From: Gemmatimonadota bacterium
GTDB lineage: Bacteria > Gemmatimonadota > Gemmatimonadetes > Gemmatimonadales > GWC2-71-9
DNA: 64,000 bases
Direction of reading: 5' to 3'
Assembly: GCA_036679605.1 (NCBI GenBank)
Contig: JAZDCZ010000085.1
Coordinates: 1 to 64,000, forward strand
Positions 46,521 to 57,673 of the stretch are shown piece by piece. Made by a program: the position numbers and the translations under genes. Position 1 is the first letter of the stretch. Every line of letters starts with the position of its first letter. The notes under the pieces are model-generated. The model searched no databases. It was not told the DNA's origin and was given only the letters and a program-made list of their open reading frames with translations.

Positions 46521-48959
46521 TCAATTAGGATGGGCGACCAAACTCACGTCCTGTGACGGCCTGAGAATCGGGTCCGGCTTGACCAAGCCTCCTTTGAGAG
46601 CCACGGCAAGCACGTCCATTAACGTCTCGACCGGCCATACCTTGATGCGGTCACGCTGATCTTCTGTCAAATCCTCCAGATCAGCCATGTTCTCTTTCGG
46701 CAGAATGACTTCCGTGATACCGGCCCGCACCGCCCCCAAAACTTTCTCCCGCACGCCACCGATAGGTAGGACGCGTCCCGAGAGTGTCACCTCTCCCGTC
46801 ATGGCTACATCGTGCCGCACCGGGATACCCGACAGGGCGCTCGTCAAAGCGGTGGCCATCGTAACACCTGCGGACGGGCCATCTTTAGGTACTGCCCCAG
46901 CTGGAACGTGAATGTGGATGTCCTTGCCGCCAAACACCTCTTGGGCAATCCCCAGTTCGGCGGCGTGAGTCTTTGCATAGGAGAGTGCTGCACGGGCAGA
47001 CTCCTTCATTACATCGCCCAGCTGACCCGTGAGTAACAGGTTGTCCTGCCCTGACATCACGCTGACCTCCACAAACATGATGTCCCCCCCCGCAGGCGTG
47101 TAGTACAAACCAGTCGCGGTTCCCACATGGTCCTCCGTGGCAGCATGCTCGGGGTGCACGGTGGGCCGCCCCAGAAGATCGTCGACGTTGTCCAGATCGA
47201 CGGCGAATTTCTCCACCTCATCTCCTGCAATCTTTCTCGCCACCTTACGCGCTACTTTGCCCAACTCACGCTCGAGTTGACGTACTCCCGCCTCTCTGGT
47301 GTAACTCGATATCGTAGTGGAGATCGCGTCGTCTGTGATGTCGAGTTGCTCTGGTTCGAGTCCAGATTCGCATATCCGCCGCGGGACCAGATACTTGCGA
47401 GCAATGGCCAACTTCTCGTCTTCGGTATATCCCGAGAACTCGACAATCTCCATCCGGTCCAACAGCGGAGCCGGAATATCTCCGAGAAAATTGGCGGTAG
47501 CGATGAACATCACCTCGGAGAGGTCGAACGGTACGCCCAAGTAATGGTCGGTGAAACTATCGTTCTGCGCTGGATCGAGCACTTCGAGTAGCGCTGCAGC
47601 CGGGTTGCCTTGGAAGGACACACCCAACTTGTCTACTTCATCCAGAAGGAACACGGGATTCTTGGTTCCGGCGCGCTTTAGTCCCTCGATAATCCGCCCT
47701 GGCATCGCTCCGACGTAGGTGCGTCGGTGACCACGAATATCTGCCTCGTCTCTCGCACCTCCCAGGGCCACCCGGACATATTTGCGACCCATCGCCCGCG
47801 CAATTGATTTGGCAATCGAGGTCTTGCCGGTCCCCGGCGGGCCGGCGAACATCAGGATCGTCCCTTTGGGACTGCGGTCATCTTCGTTGCCACTCGGCTC
47901 AGAATCGTCCGACTTCCCCTGCTGTAATTGGCGAACCGCCAAGTATTCGAGCACACGGTCCTTTACGTCGTCCAGTCCATAGTGGTCTTCGTCCAGTACT
48001 CCCTGGGCGTGGCTCAGATCCAGCCCCTCCGTCGTTCTCTGGTTCCACGGTAGTTCCACTACGGTCTCGAGATATGTGCGAATGACCAAGGCTTCCATCG
48101 ATTCACTCGACGCCCTGTTTAATCGGCTCAGTTCCTTGTCTATCTCCTTCTGAACCACGGCTGGCAGATTGAGCTTAGCTAGGCGCTCGGCAAGTTCGTC
48201 CACTCCAGCCGCTTCATCTTCATCTCCCAGTTCGCGCCGAATGGTCTTCAGCTGCTCGCGCAAAAACATCTCGCGTTGACGTTCGCCGAGTTCCTCCTGC
48301 ACCTGCGACTTAATCTCTGCTTGAGCTTTGAGCAATCCAATCTGGCGTTGCACATGCACAAGCACACGACGCAGTCGCTCTTCCACTCCAAGGGTCTCCA
48401 GAAGATCTTGGCGATCCTCCGATGGCACATCTATGTACCCAGCGACGAGGTCGGCGAACCGACCGGGGTCATCGACTCCGTCGAGGACCTGCTTGATTAC
48501 GTCCTCCGGAATGCCTGTGCGTTCACCCAGTTCCGCCCCTCTCTCGCGCACCTCGCGATAGAGTGCGGCGAACAACGCGTCATCTGCATCCACCGGATCC
48601 AAATCTGGAACCTCTTGGACCACAGCCTCCATATAGTTGTCGGTTTCGCTGTAGCGCAGCACCACTCCCCGCTTCTCGCCCTGCAGAAGAAGTTGCATTC
48701 CTCCGAGTCCGCGTTGCACATGGCCGATTCGGGCAACTGTGCCCATCGCAAACAAATCGTCGGACTTGGGATCTTCTGTGTCAGTTCGTTGGGAAACGGC
48801 GAGAACCATCCGGTCCTGAGTTTCCAAAGCCGCCTCTATAGCCTTTAGCGTCGCGGGCCGACCTGCTCCAATCGGCACCGTCACACCGGGAAATACGACC
48901 ATTCCGCGCAGCGGTAACACCGGAAGGGTATGGCGGCGCGTTGAGTTTTCCATCTTCAT
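46521..48959 (-). CDS. lon: ATP-dependent protease La
   Basis: LPVLPLR N-domain, [24 protein letters not shown] catalytic Ser. Confidence 0.97.
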   Translation of the reverse strand: MKMENSTRRHTLPVLPLRGMVVFPGVTVPIGAGRPATLKAIEAALETQDRMVLAVSQRTDTEDPKSDDLFAMGTVARIGHVQRGLGGMQLLLQGEKRGVVLRYSETDNYMEAVVQEVPDLDPVDADDALFAALYREVRERGAELGERTGIPEDVIKQVLDGVDDPGRFADLVAGYIDVPSEDRQDLLETLGVEERLRRVLVHVQRQIGLLKAQAEIKSQVQEELGERQREMFLREQLKTIRRELGDEDEAAGVDELAERLAKLNLPAVVQKEIDKELSRLNRASSESMEALVIRTYLETVVELPWNQRTTEGLDLSHAQGVLDEDHYGLDDVKDRVLEYLAVRQLQQGKSDDSEPSGNEDDRSPKGTILMFAGPPGTGKTSIAKSIARAMGRKYVRVALGGARDEADIRGHRRTYVGAMPGRIIEGLKRAGTKNPVFLLDEVDKLGVSFQGNPAAALLEVLDPAQNDSFTDHYLGVPFDLSEVMFIATANFLGDIPAPLLDRMEIVEFSGYTEDEKLAIARKYLVPRRICESGLEPEQLDITDDAISTTISSYTREAGVRQLERELGKVARKVARKIAGDEVEKFAVDLDNVDDLLGRPTVHPEHAATEDHVGTATGLYYTPAGGDIMFVEVSVMSGQDNLLLTGQLGDVMKESARAALSYAKTHAAELGIAQEVFGGKDIHIHVPAGAVPKDGPSAGVTMATALTSALSGIPVRHDVAMTGEVTLSGRVLPIGGVREKVLGAVRAGITEVILPKENMADLEDLTEDQRDRIKVWPVETLMDVLAVALKGGLVKPDPILRPSQDVSLVAHPN

Positions 48960-49015
48960 TTGCCCCTCTGTATTTGGCCGGACCTCTTGGCCTTCAGCAT
49001 AATGGACCCGAGGAG

Positions 49016-49030
49016 GCAGCTATCGTGCCC
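49016..49030 (-). promoter_or_regulatory. Sigma54-type -24/-12 promoter for lon
   Basis: Minus strand GGGCACGATAGCTGC (GG-N10-GC, GGCACG core). Confidence 0.6.
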
Positions 49031-49164
49031 AGGGAAAACCCCCTATGCCTTGTAAAACACGCCGACACCAGCGGACGTTCCAGTCAAGGTGACAGAACAC
49101 AGCGACCACGGCACCTGTCATTTTGGCAGGCTATGTTCTAGTTCTGTCAGTGGTGATGGATTGC

Positions 49165-49410
49165 TTAGGAAGCCCTTGGGGCTGCGCTGAGCAACGAGTT
49201 CAATTCGGACTCGGTGAGTTGCTCGAGCAAGCCAGCTCGGGTGGTTACTTCACGTGCCGGCTCTTGGCCGTCCGACTCACAGCTAAAGCGAATGATGTCT
49301 GCCGGTTCCGGTATGGTCTTAGTAGTCTTCCTCGTAGCGATAAGACCCGACGTACGACCGACCCTCTCTGCTACCCAACGGCGTCCTTCCTCGTCTGTCA
49401 GCCAGCGCAT
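49165..49410 (-). CDS. Small hypothetical protein
   Basis: 81 aa ORF with GGAG upstream; fills the gap between lon and the kinase. Confidence 0.7.
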   Translation of the reverse strand: MRWLTDEEGRRWVAERVGRTSGLIATRKTTKTIPEPADIIRFSCESDGQEPAREVTTRAGLLEQLTESELNSLLSAAPRAS

Positions 49411-49490
49411 CTCTCCACCGTCTTGCCTTTCAAGGTTGCCAGTAGCCTATAGGCTAGGTTAATCTATGCTCGGATTATACCAGACGCTAC

Positions 49491-51371
49491 ATGGATGATG
49501 CTCAGCTGGGACCACTCGCCGCTCGATTAGCCGATGCACTCTCCGATTCATACGTCATTGAGGGCGAAATCGGAAGGGGTGGCATGGGCGTTGTATACAG
49601 TGCAAGGGACCTCAAGCTCAAGCGCCGCGTTGCCATAAAGCTCCTTCCACCTGACCTGGCATTCCGCGAAGGTGTCAAGAAACGCTTCGTTCGGGAAGCG
49701 CAGACCGCAGCCCGGCTAGCTCATCCCCACATTGTACCGATTCACGCCGTTGGTGAGGCCGATGACCTCGTCTATTTCGTTATGGCCTACGTAGACGGAG
49801 AATCACTCGGTCAGCGATTGAAACGCAGGGGCAAGCTTCCGGTCGAAGAGGCACGGCGGATCATGAAGGAGACCGCCGATGCATTGGGTCTTGCACACGC
49901 CACGGGGATTATTCACCGAGACATCAAGCCGGACAATGTGCTTCTCGAGGGTACTCGGCGGCGTGTAATGGTAACGGACTTCGGTATTGCCAAAGCTCTC
50001 TCGGAGTCGGGTGGAGGCACACTCACCGGTACCGGTATCGCGCTGGGCACTCCGACATATATGAGCCCTGAGCAAGCCGCTGGCGAAAAAGCAGTAGATG
50101 CCCGCAGCGACCTCTACTCGTTGGGTATAGTTGCCTTCGAGATGCTCGCCGGCAAGCCTCCATTCCGCGCACCTACAGTCCCGGGTGTGCTGATGAAACA
50201 CATCACCGAGGCGCCGCCGGATGTGATCCAGCTTCGCGGCGAGATTCCCGAGGAATTGGCAGCGACAATAATGCGGTGCCTCGAAAAAGACCCGGAGACC
50301 AGATGGCCTACCGCCGAGGCGTTGCGTCGAGCACTCGAGAGCCGATCCTCCGGACCCTATCGTCCCCGAGCATCACAGTCCAAGAGACCGAGTCGGCCAC
50401 GACGACCGGTTCCGCGACGATCCGGCGACGCTCCTAAAGAGTGGGGCGATTGGTGGGAGGAGCGCGAAGGTCTTCGGGAAAAACGTCCCGCTCGCTTGCC
50501 GGTGCGCCAACGGTCTCTGGAGAAAAGGAAAACCCAACCCGATGGCGAACCGGGCATCGTCAGGCGGTTTCGTTCTAACTTCGCGTCTTATGTCTCGGTG
50601 AACGGCGGGATTCTCCTTATCAATGTTGTGACCGGGCTCTCATTCCCATGGTTCTTATTTCCGGCGATCGGTTGGGGCATCGGCCTGGCTTCACAATACG
50701 GAAAGCTTTGGGCGGATGGCTACAGTATGCGCGACGTGCTAAACCCACCTCCGGCGAAAGACTCCCTTGCAGCTCCGGGTGCCCTACAACAACCCAAACG
50801 GCTGTCCATACCAGGACCCCAGCCTACGACCGATGAATTTGGCAAACACCTGACTTCGATCCTGCAAATGCGAAAGGACAGGGCAGCCCTCGTGCAGTCT
50901 GTAGACAGGCTGCCTGAAGCCGAACGTCAAATGTTGCCCGACGTGATCCAAACCGTCGACGCGCTGATGGATCGCGCCGTCGAACTCGGCAGAACGCTGG
51001 CACAGATGGAGGGCGGCATCAGCAAGGACTCTCTGACCGACCTGGATGAGCGAATAGCCGAGTTGGAGCAAGACAGAGAGGAACCTGACAACCTGCACAA
51101 GATCGAACTTCTTGAAAGGCAGCGTAGCAGCCTGAAGGAACTGCTGGGTCGGCGCCACCGAGTGGAGTCACAGTTCGAGAGTTGTGTCCTGGCAGTACAG
51201 AATGTGCGATTTGACTTGTTGAGGCTTCGATCAGCTGGAGTTGCAGAGGTGCTCGGCGACCTGACCTCTGCTACACAGCAGGCCCGTGCAATGCGTATCG
51301 ACGTTGAAGCCGCAATCGACGCTGCTGCCGAAATCAAGGAAGCTCTTAGTCACAAGTACGTAGGAAGCTAG
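49491..51371 (+). CDS. Hanks-type Ser/Thr protein kinase with 2TM hairpin and C-terminal coiled coil
   Basis: IGRGGMGVVY, VAIK, HRDIKPDN, DFG, GTPTYMSPE; PWFLFPAIGWGIGL (2TM-like). Confidence 0.93.
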   Translation: MDDAQLGPLAARLADALSDSYVIEGEIGRGGMGVVYSARDLKLKRRVAIKLLPPDLAFREGVKKRFVREAQTAARLAHPHIVPIHAVGEADDLVYFVMAYVDGESLGQRLKRRGKLPVEEARRIMKETADALGLAHATGIIHRDIKPDNVLLEGTRRRVMVTDFGIAKALSESGGGTLTGTGIALGTPTYMSPEQAAGEKAVDARSDLYSLGIVAFEMLAGKPPFRAPTVPGVLMKHITEAPPDVIQLRGEIPEELAATIMRCLEKDPETRWPTAEALRRALESRSSGPYRPRASQSKRPSRPRRPVPRRSGDAPKEWGDWWEEREGLREKRPARLPVRQRSLEKRKTQPDGEPGIVRRFRSNFASYVSVNGGILLINVVTGLSFPWFLFPAIGWGIGLASQYGKLWADGYSMRDVLNPPPAKDSLAAPGALQQPKRLSIPGPQPTTDEFGKHLTSILQMRKDRAALVQSVDRLPEAERQMLPDVIQTVDALMDRAVELGRTLAQMEGGISKDSLTDLDERIAELEQDREEPDNLHKIELLERQRSSLKELLGRRHRVESQFESCVLAVQNVRFDLLRLRSAGVAEVLGDLTSATQQARAMRIDVEAAIDAAAEIKEALSHKYVGS

Positions 51372-51400
51372 ACCTACATCCGTACAACTCTCTATCCGCT

Positions 51401-53539
51401 CTAGAACTGCTCCATCTCCGAGATAGCTTTGACGAGATCCCCGACCTGTGGAAGAATCAAGTCTTCGAGTTCCGGACTGTAGGCAACGAAGGTGTCGGTA
51501 GCGGCAACTCGCCGAACCGGAGCGTCGAGCCACGCAAAGAAGTCATCGGAGATCTTGGCGGCGATTTCTGCTCCATATCCCCATGAGCGCGAGTCTTCGT
51601 AAGCCACGATCACTTTGTTCGTCTTCCGCACTGATGCTCCAATGGTTTCCCAATCAACAGGGTTGAGTGAGCGGAGATCAATCACCTCGGTTCTTATACC
51701 GCGTTCTTCCTCCAACTGCCGCGCGGCTTGCAGGGTTCTTTGTACGACCGCACCGTAGGTGACCACCGTGAGGTCGGTTCCTTCGTGCACCACCTTAGCC
51801 TTGCCAAACGGGATCATGAAGTTTGGCCCTGGATTGGGTGCCTTGTTGTACGTCTGCCGGTACAAATGTTTGTGCTCCAGAAAGATCACGGGATCGTCAC
51901 ACCGTATTGCGGTTCTCAAAAGGCCGCTAGCGTCGAGCGCCGTAGCCGGGCAAACCACTCGTAACCCTGGAATGCCGGTGAAAAGTGCCGCACCGGTTTG
52001 AGAATGGTATATGGCACCGCCTTTGAGATAACCGCCGTAGGTTACGCGAACGACCACCGGTGCCGCAAATGCGCCATTGCTCCGCCAACGGATCACCGCC
52101 AGTTCGTTCTTTATTTGATGGTAAGCCGGCCAGATATAATCGACGAACTGGATTTCTACGACCGGCTTGATGCCCCGGACGGCCAGTCCTACGGCCCTCC
52201 CAACAATATTCGCTTCTGCCAACGGCGAGTTATAAACGCGATCTGCACCAAATTCTTTCTGCAGCCCCCACGTAACCTTGAAGACACCGCCTTTTCCCTT
52301 GAGCCCATCGAGTTGTTCTTCACGTGATACATCGGCCACATCTTCTCCGAACACTACTATACGAGGATCCCTTTTCATTTCGTCCTTCATACACTTGTTC
52401 AAGAGATCCACCATGGTGGTCGGACTACCGCTGAACTGCGGATCGTCCTCTGTATCGAACTGTTCTGCTGTTGGATCAACATCCTTTGAATAGACGTGAA
52501 GATACAGGCTGTCCGGTCCGGGTTGGGGAGAGGCCAAAGCAACCTCGGCAGCCAACTCTACAAGCTCATCGACCTTCGACTTGATATCTTCGATTTCAAC
52601 TTCAGTTGCTACCCCCTGTTCGATCAATCGCGCCGGAAATACGGTGAGCGGATCGCGCGCAGCTTCAGCCTCCCGCTCCTCCGGTGAACGGTACGCCACC
52701 TCATCGTCAGAGAGCGAGTGAGAATACGGTCGGATCACACTCGCATGCACGAGGGCTGGTCCTTTGCGTGCCCTGCAATGCGCCACGGCGCGCGAAACTA
52801 CGTCGTAGGACGCAACGGGATCGCAACCATCGACTTCTTGGATCAACAGGTTCGGAAAACCCGAGACCAACTTCGATACCGATCCTCCGGCCGTTTGAAC
52901 CTCAACGGGAACTGAGATGGCATAGCCGTTGTCTTCGATCAGAAACAGTACAGGTAGTTTCAGATTGCACGCGGTATTCAAGGCCTCCCAGAACTCGCCC
53001 TCACTCGTAGTACCGTCACCTGCAGTGCACAACACCACCTCATCTTTGTGAATCGCTGCATCTCGATCGGGGATATCGCGAATACGGTGGTATCGAAGCC
53101 ATGCCTCTGCGCATCCCACTGAGCCGAGAAACTGCGTTCCCGTAGGGCTCGAGGATGTAACTATGTTCAGTTCCTTGTGCCCCCAATGTGACGGCATCTG
53201 CCGCCCGCCAGAATTGGGATCGTCTGCGGCTGCGACCGCAGAGAGGATCATCTCCGTGGGCGTCATCCCCAGAGTGAGACACAGTGCGCGATCGCGGTAG
53301 TAAGGATAAAACCAGTCATGGCCGGCTTTTAGAACCTTGCCGGCGGCAACCTGAACAGCTTCATGACCAGCGCCAGAGATCTGGAAGAAGATCTTGTTCT
53401 GACGCTTGAGTTGAATCTCTTTGTCATCAACCCGCCGAGACGTAAACATCAGGCGGTAGATATCTAGGAGCTGCGCCTTATCAAGCCGCGTCGATGGCGA
53501 CCGTTTCGCCTGGGCTGTGGATTTTGTCTTGGTAGGCAT
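51401..53539 (-). CDS. 2-oxoacid (probably branched-chain) dehydrogenase E1, fused alpha/beta
   Basis: GDGTTSEG...[11 protein letters not shown] motif, HSLSDD, GEDV, NSPLAE, EIQFVDY. Confidence 0.93.
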   Translation of the reverse strand: MPTKTKSTAQAKRSPSTRLDKAQLLDIYRLMFTSRRVDDKEIQLKRQNKIFFQISGAGHEAVQVAAGKVLKAGHDWFYPYYRDRALCLTLGMTPTEMILSAVAAADDPNSGGRQMPSHWGHKELNIVTSSSPTGTQFLGSVGCAEAWLRYHRIRDIPDRDAAIHKDEVVLCTAGDGTTSEGEFWEALNTACNLKLPVLFLIEDNGYAISVPVEVQTAGGSVSKLVSGFPNLLIQEVDGCDPVASYDVVSRAVAHCRARKGPALVHASVIRPYSHSLSDDEVAYRSPEEREAEAARDPLTVFPARLIEQGVATEVEIEDIKSKVDELVELAAEVALASPQPGPDSLYLHVYSKDVDPTAEQFDTEDDPQFSGSPTTMVDLLNKCMKDEMKRDPRIVVFGEDVADVSREEQLDGLKGKGGVFKVTWGLQKEFGADRVYNSPLAEANIVGRAVGLAVRGIKPVVEIQFVDYIWPAYHQIKNELAVIRWRSNGAFAAPVVVRVTYGGYLKGGAIYHSQTGAALFTGIPGLRVVCPATALDASGLLRTAIRCDDPVIFLEHKHLYRQTYNKAPNPGPNFMIPFGKAKVVHEGTDLTVVTYGAVVQRTLQAARQLEEERGIRTEVIDLRSLNPVDWETIGASVRKTNKVIVAYEDSRSWGYGAEIAAKISDDFFAWLDAPVRRVAATDTFVAYSPELEDLILPQVGDLVKAISEMEQF

Positions 53540-53593
53540 GATCGGAAAATAGCCGAGATCTCCCCGGAGGCTAGCCGTACCGGGGTATTCTAC

Positions 53594-53848
53594 TCACTTG
53601 GTTAACCTTGTGATCTTGCGTAGCACATTGAGCTTCTCCAATGCTACCTGAGTGGGCGAGGCCGATTGGGATCCGCAGATGGAGTCCCGGACATCGAGCA
53701 GAACCTCGAGCATCAGTTGCTCGCGTTGGTAAGAGGCGTCCAGATCCATCATTCGTTCGCCATCCCCCGCTTCCTTTGCCCGGGCATATGCTTCACGATA
53801 GATGGAATCGAGGTTTGCGAGTATTTTTTCTCTTGAACGCACATCCAT
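53594..53848 (-). CDS. Small helical hypothetical protein
   Basis: MDVRSREKILANLDSIYREAY...; GGAG RBS before ATG 53848. Confidence 0.7.
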   Translation of the reverse strand: MDVRSREKILANLDSIYREAYARAKEAGDGERMMDLDASYQREQLMLEVLLDVRDSICGSQSASPTQVALEKLNVLRKITRLTK

Positions 53849-53881
53849 TTTCTGTTCTCCCCTGAGGCTGGGAACCCCTGG

Positions 53882-54193
53882 ATGGACACGTCGTCCGCTA
53901 AGAGTCGCAGACGTCGCGAGATTTTCGAACGTGACGGCAATCGCTGTGTGTACTGTGCCCAGATACTGGACCGAAGCCAACTCACGATAGATCACGTCCA
54001 ACCGCGAGTGAAGCGCGGAGATCAGTCTCCTGGTAATCTCGTGACAGCTTGCGTAACCTGCAACACTCAGAAAGGTGGGCGGACCGCATGGGAGTGGCTC
54101 AGCGACCGGCCCGTCGAGCGCGAGAACTTCCTACGCTACGCGAATCACGTGTGGGACCGTCATCGGCATGCCGTCCGCAAAGCAGCCCGATAG
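53882..54193 (+). CDS. Stand-alone HNH endonuclease (McrA-like)
   Basis: RDGNRCVYC...TIDHVQP...NLVTACVTCNTQKG. Confidence 0.88.
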   Translation: MDTSSAKSRRRREIFERDGNRCVYCAQILDRSQLTIDHVQPRVKRGDQSPGNLVTACVTCNTQKGGRTAWEWLSDRPVERENFLRYANHVWDRHRHAVRKAAR

Positions 54194-54204
54194 ATTTGTT
54201 CCAC

Positions 54205-55485
54205 TCACGCCCTATTGCACCTGAGAGTTACGAGACCACTGGGCACCTTGGGGAGGAAGTATGTCGCTTTCTGGGGCATGACGGCTCCTGCGTCCGCTAC
54301 GGCCAGCACTTGCCGTACCTCGGTGGCATTTAACAACACCCCAGCAACTGCTTCGCCGTTCAACACTTCGTCTATGAGGTGATTGGGCTCAGGCGTGTAG
54401 CCGAGCCTGGCCTCCTCTCCGGCCAGCCTCAATAGTCGCTTCACAATAATCTCGTCCACACGTGCCACGTCCAAAGAAGCGACCGTCGGTTCGTTCGCAA
54501 ACGGCAGCTCGCCCAGACTCGCCCCACCTTTGAGTAGTAGTGCCAAGGCGTTCTTCCCTGGCCTGACTATTATGCAGCCTGTCCCCCTGTCCTTTATGTC
54601 AGCCAAATGGTCGGCGTAGTTGATGTCGGGGGAAAGCTCACGAACATGAAACCGCTCCCTGATCTCCTCTACGAGCCGATCAACGTCTATTGAGTCACCG
54701 TAGATGATGCGGTGAGTTGGAAGGATCTTGAGCCCCGCGTCTCCAACCGGAACCACCATGGCCAACGAACGATCAGCGGCAGCGTATTCCTCCATATACG
54801 TCCCCGCGGTTTCGTATCGATGGTGACCGTCGGCCATATACAGGTGGCCGGCCGCGGCCGCATCCGCCACTGCCCTCCCTGTTGCACCACTTGCCTTCCA
54901 CAGTCTAATCTGAACATCGTTCAAGTCACACTCCGCCAGAGGTGGATCTCTTACGATTTCTCCCAACTTTTCTTGCAGTTCTCCATCTTCGTCCGGTGCC
55001 AACATGAGTAGCGCCTCGAACATTGCATCCGTGGCCCGCAGGAGAGCGAGCCTGTCTTCTTTCGGTCCTGCATGAGTTTTCTCGTGGGGTCTTACTACAC
55101 CTGTTCCCATCGGCTCGACTACCACGGCACCGATGACCCCTGTGCGTGAATATCGTTCTCCACCAGGCGCTACAAAATCCTGCTGGATTACGTACACGCT
55201 TTCGTCGGCGTCGGCCTTCAAGACGCCCTGCGCCAACCAGCTCCCGAACAGTTTCCCGGCGTGTTCATACTTGTCGGCGTCACCAGCGGGCAGAATCAGG
55301 TGCACGATGTTGTGAATGTCCCGCGCAGCCAGCCGAGCGCGTTCTTCAGCCGAGATCACGTCGTAAGGCGGGGCGATCAGATCTCCCAATCTGTTGACAT
55401 CGGAAAACCGGTACCCCACAAATGGCACGATCGCAGGTTCTATCTTCGACTCAGGCATGTTCGTCCCAGTTGAATTTGCCTTCAT
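54205..55485 (-). CDS. DUF1015-family protein
   Basis: APPYDVIS, PHEKT, ADGHHRYET, MPQKATYFLPK; start may be ATG 55458. Confidence 0.9.
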   Translation of the reverse strand: MKANSTGTNMPESKIEPAIVPFVGYRFSDVNRLGDLIAPPYDVISAEERARLAARDIHNIVHLILPAGDADKYEHAGKLFGSWLAQGVLKADADESVYVIQQDFVAPGGERYSRTGVIGAVVVEPMGTGVVRPHEKTHAGPKEDRLALLRATDAMFEALLMLAPDEDGELQEKLGEIVRDPPLAECDLNDVQIRLWKASGATGRAVADAAAAGHLYMADGHHRYETAGTYMEEYAAADRSLAMVVPVGDAGLKILPTHRIIYGDSIDVDRLVEEIRERFHVRELSPDINYADHLADIKDRGTGCIIVRPGKNALALLLKGGASLGELPFANEPTVASLDVARVDEIIVKRLLRLAGEEARLGYTPEPNHLIDEVLNGEAVAGVLLNATEVRQVLAVADAGAVMPQKATYFLPKVPSGLVTLRCNRA

Positions 55486-55512
55486 TTTATTGGATATGCG
55501 ATTGGAAGCGCT

Positions 55513-56403
55513 CTATTGCCACGGACGCGCTGCTTCAATCGCCTCCTCGAGCAAGTGGCGGTACGACTCCAGGCGACTTGCCGCCAGCTGGCCGGACCCA
55601 ACCGCTGCGATCACCGCACAGTTAGGCTCTTCGAGATGGCGGCAATCGTCAAAACGACACTCTGACGCGAATCTACCGAGATCTGGAAATGCCCCGGCGA
55701 CCTCGCGCGGGTCGAGACCCCACAACCCAATATCGCTGAGACCCGGAGTGTCCACTACAAACCCCTTTGCGCCAAACGGATACATTTCGGCAGCGACGGT
55801 AGTGTGCCGTCCGCCCCCTGATTTTTCTCCTACTTCCGATGTCCTGAGTCTGAGCCCGGGCTGGAGCGCATTCAACAAGCTGGACTTTCCCACACCACTT
55901 GGGCCCGTCAGGAGGGAAACACGCCCCTCAAGACGTGATCCAAGTTCAGTCAGTTCCTGGGCGTTTGGAATACTCGTGAGGACGACCGGATATCCTGCTG
56001 ATCTATACGGCAGCGCAAGATCATCCGCCGTATCGCAAAGGTCACACTTGTTGATGACGACGGTCACCGATAACCCGTTGGCCGCTGCTACAGCTATGAA
56101 TCGGTCCATCAGATGGTTGTTCCAGTCAGGTGCACAAGCTGCACCTACCACTATCACTTGATCGATGTTTGCGGCCACCTGTCGAACACCTTTGTGCCTC
56201 CCAGGCTTGCACCGCTTGAGGACGGAAGACCTAGTCGCTACCTCCTCGATTGTTGCACCCCCGTCGGGATGTTGACCCAAAATCACTCGATCACCCACCA
56301 GAACTCGATCACGGCCTCTCTGTCTAAACCTGCCCCGGAGTGTCGCCTCCAGGACATTACCGCCGCAGCTCACTCGATATAGCCCGCCTGTCTTGGCGAG
56401 CAC
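55513..56403 (-). CDS. rsgA: Small ribosomal subunit biogenesis GTPase RsgA
   Basis: NKCD, GPSGVGKSS, GRHTT, DTPG, CRFDDCRHLEEPNC; true start slightly uncertain. Confidence 0.95.
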   Translation of the reverse strand: MLAKTGGLYRVSCGGNVLEATLRGRFRQRGRDRVLVGDRVILGQHPDGGATIEEVATRSSVLKRCKPGRHKGVRQVAANIDQVIVVGAACAPDWNNHLMDRFIAVAAANGLSVTVVINKCDLCDTADDLALPYRSAGYPVVLTSIPNAQELTELGSRLEGRVSLLTGPSGVGKSSLLNALQPGLRLRTSEVGEKSGGGRHTTVAAEMYPFGAKGFVVDTPGLSDIGLWGLDPREVAGAFPDLGRFASECRFDDCRHLEEPNCAVIAAVGSGQLAASRLESYRHLLEEAIEAARPWQ

Positions 56404-56420
56404 AATACCTCGCTCTTGCT

Positions 56421-56744
56421 CTACCAGTCGAGGATCTCCTTGCGATGCTCGATCACTCGATCGAGATGATCTTTGAGTTCATACAAAGTTAGAGATTCGA
56501 TGGCTTCACCGGCTTGCTCCGGTGAATCTCCAAACGACAGGTATTCAGTCTCCAAGTGATTGTCCGGTCCTCCGCGACTCGCCGACCAGCGCACAAAGAG
56601 AACCGCGGCACCATATCTGCCATCTTCGCACGGAGTGTCATCTGCATAGATCTCGACGGAATATGCATGCCCGTCTGCTCCTGTAAACGCTGGCGGCCTG
56701 TTGTGAACCGCCAAATAACCTCGCAGCGTTTCGTCCTTAGTCAC
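56421..56744 (-). CDS. Conserved hypothetical protein
   Basis: GTG 56744 overlaps the proline dehydrogenase stop (GTGA); HNRPPAFTGADG...HLET. Confidence 0.7.
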   Translation of the reverse strand: MTKDETLRGYLAVHNRPPAFTGADGHAYSVEIYADDTPCEDGRYGAAVLFVRWSASRGGPDNHLETEYLSFGDSPEQAGEAIESLTLYELKDHLDRVIEHRKEILDW

Positions 56745-57673
56745 TTTCGTGAAAACGTCTCCTTCGTCAAGCTCGCCAACATGAAAGCCATATTCGCAGG
56801 TCGTTCCGCAAGCCTGCGCATGAGATAAGGATACCAATTGCTTCCAAAGGGAACGTAGACCCGCACGTTGTAACCTTTTTCATTCAGGGCATGCTGCAAA
56901 TCCCGTCTCACGCCATAGAGCATCTGGAATTCAAAGCGATCTAATGCAACACTCTCACTCTCTACGAAATCTACGGCTTGGTCGATCAATCGCTCATCAT
57001 GTGTGGCAATTCCCGGATAGTTACCGTCTGTAAGTAGACGACGCATGAGCGTAATATACGAGGCGTCGACCTCCTCGCGTGTCGAGAATGCCACCGACTC
57101 CGGTTCGGCATATGCACCTTTGCAGAGACGCACCCTTGCTCCCAGAGAGATCATTCTTTCCGTATCTTCTGCCGAACGTCTCAAGTAGCTCTGAATCACC
57201 ACACCGGTTAATTCGGCGAACTCCGGATGGAGGTTCTCTTCGAAAATGCTGAGCGTGCGCTCTGTGTACGCAGAACTTTCCATGTCGATTCTCACGAAAA
57301 TACCGTGTGTTCGCGCGCGAGTAAGAATCGCTGTCATGTTCTCTACACAGAGAGAACGATCTATGTCTAAGCCCAACTGGGAGAGTTTCACGGAGACGTT
57401 GCCATCTATTCCGTTGGCCGCAATCGCGTCGAGTACATCCAACACGTCATCTCTGGCACTGTAGCTCTCTTCGGGCGAACTCACGCTCTCCCCGAGAAGA
57501 TCGAGGCTCACCTCAATCTGTCGCTCGTTGAGAGTAGCCGCCGCCACAACGGCCGCATCCAGTGTTTCGCCGGCAACGAATCGAGAAGCGATCCGGTGAG
57601 CCATGCCGTTTGCCTTTACGAAGGTGAAGATTCCGCGGCGCTCACTCAGCCAAAGGAGTAGTTCCTTGATCAA
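56741..57673 (-). CDS. Monofunctional proline dehydrogenase
   Basis: RFVAGE, SVKLSQLG, RIDME, RLCKGAY, ATHD, FQMLYG, YLMRRLAERP. Confidence 0.95.
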   Translation of the reverse strand: MIKELLLWLSERRGIFTFVKANGMAHRIASRFVAGETLDAAVVAAATLNERQIEVSLDLLGESVSSPEESYSARDDVLDVLDAIAANGIDGNVSVKLSQLGLDIDRSLCVENMTAILTRARTHGIFVRIDMESSAYTERTLSIFEENLHPEFAELTGVVIQSYLRRSAEDTERMISLGARVRLCKGAYAEPESVAFSTREEVDASYITLMRRLLTDGNYPGIATHDERLIDQAVDFVESESVALDRFEFQMLYGVRRDLQHALNEKGYNVRVYVPFGSNWYPYLMRRLAERPANMAFMLASLTKETFSRK

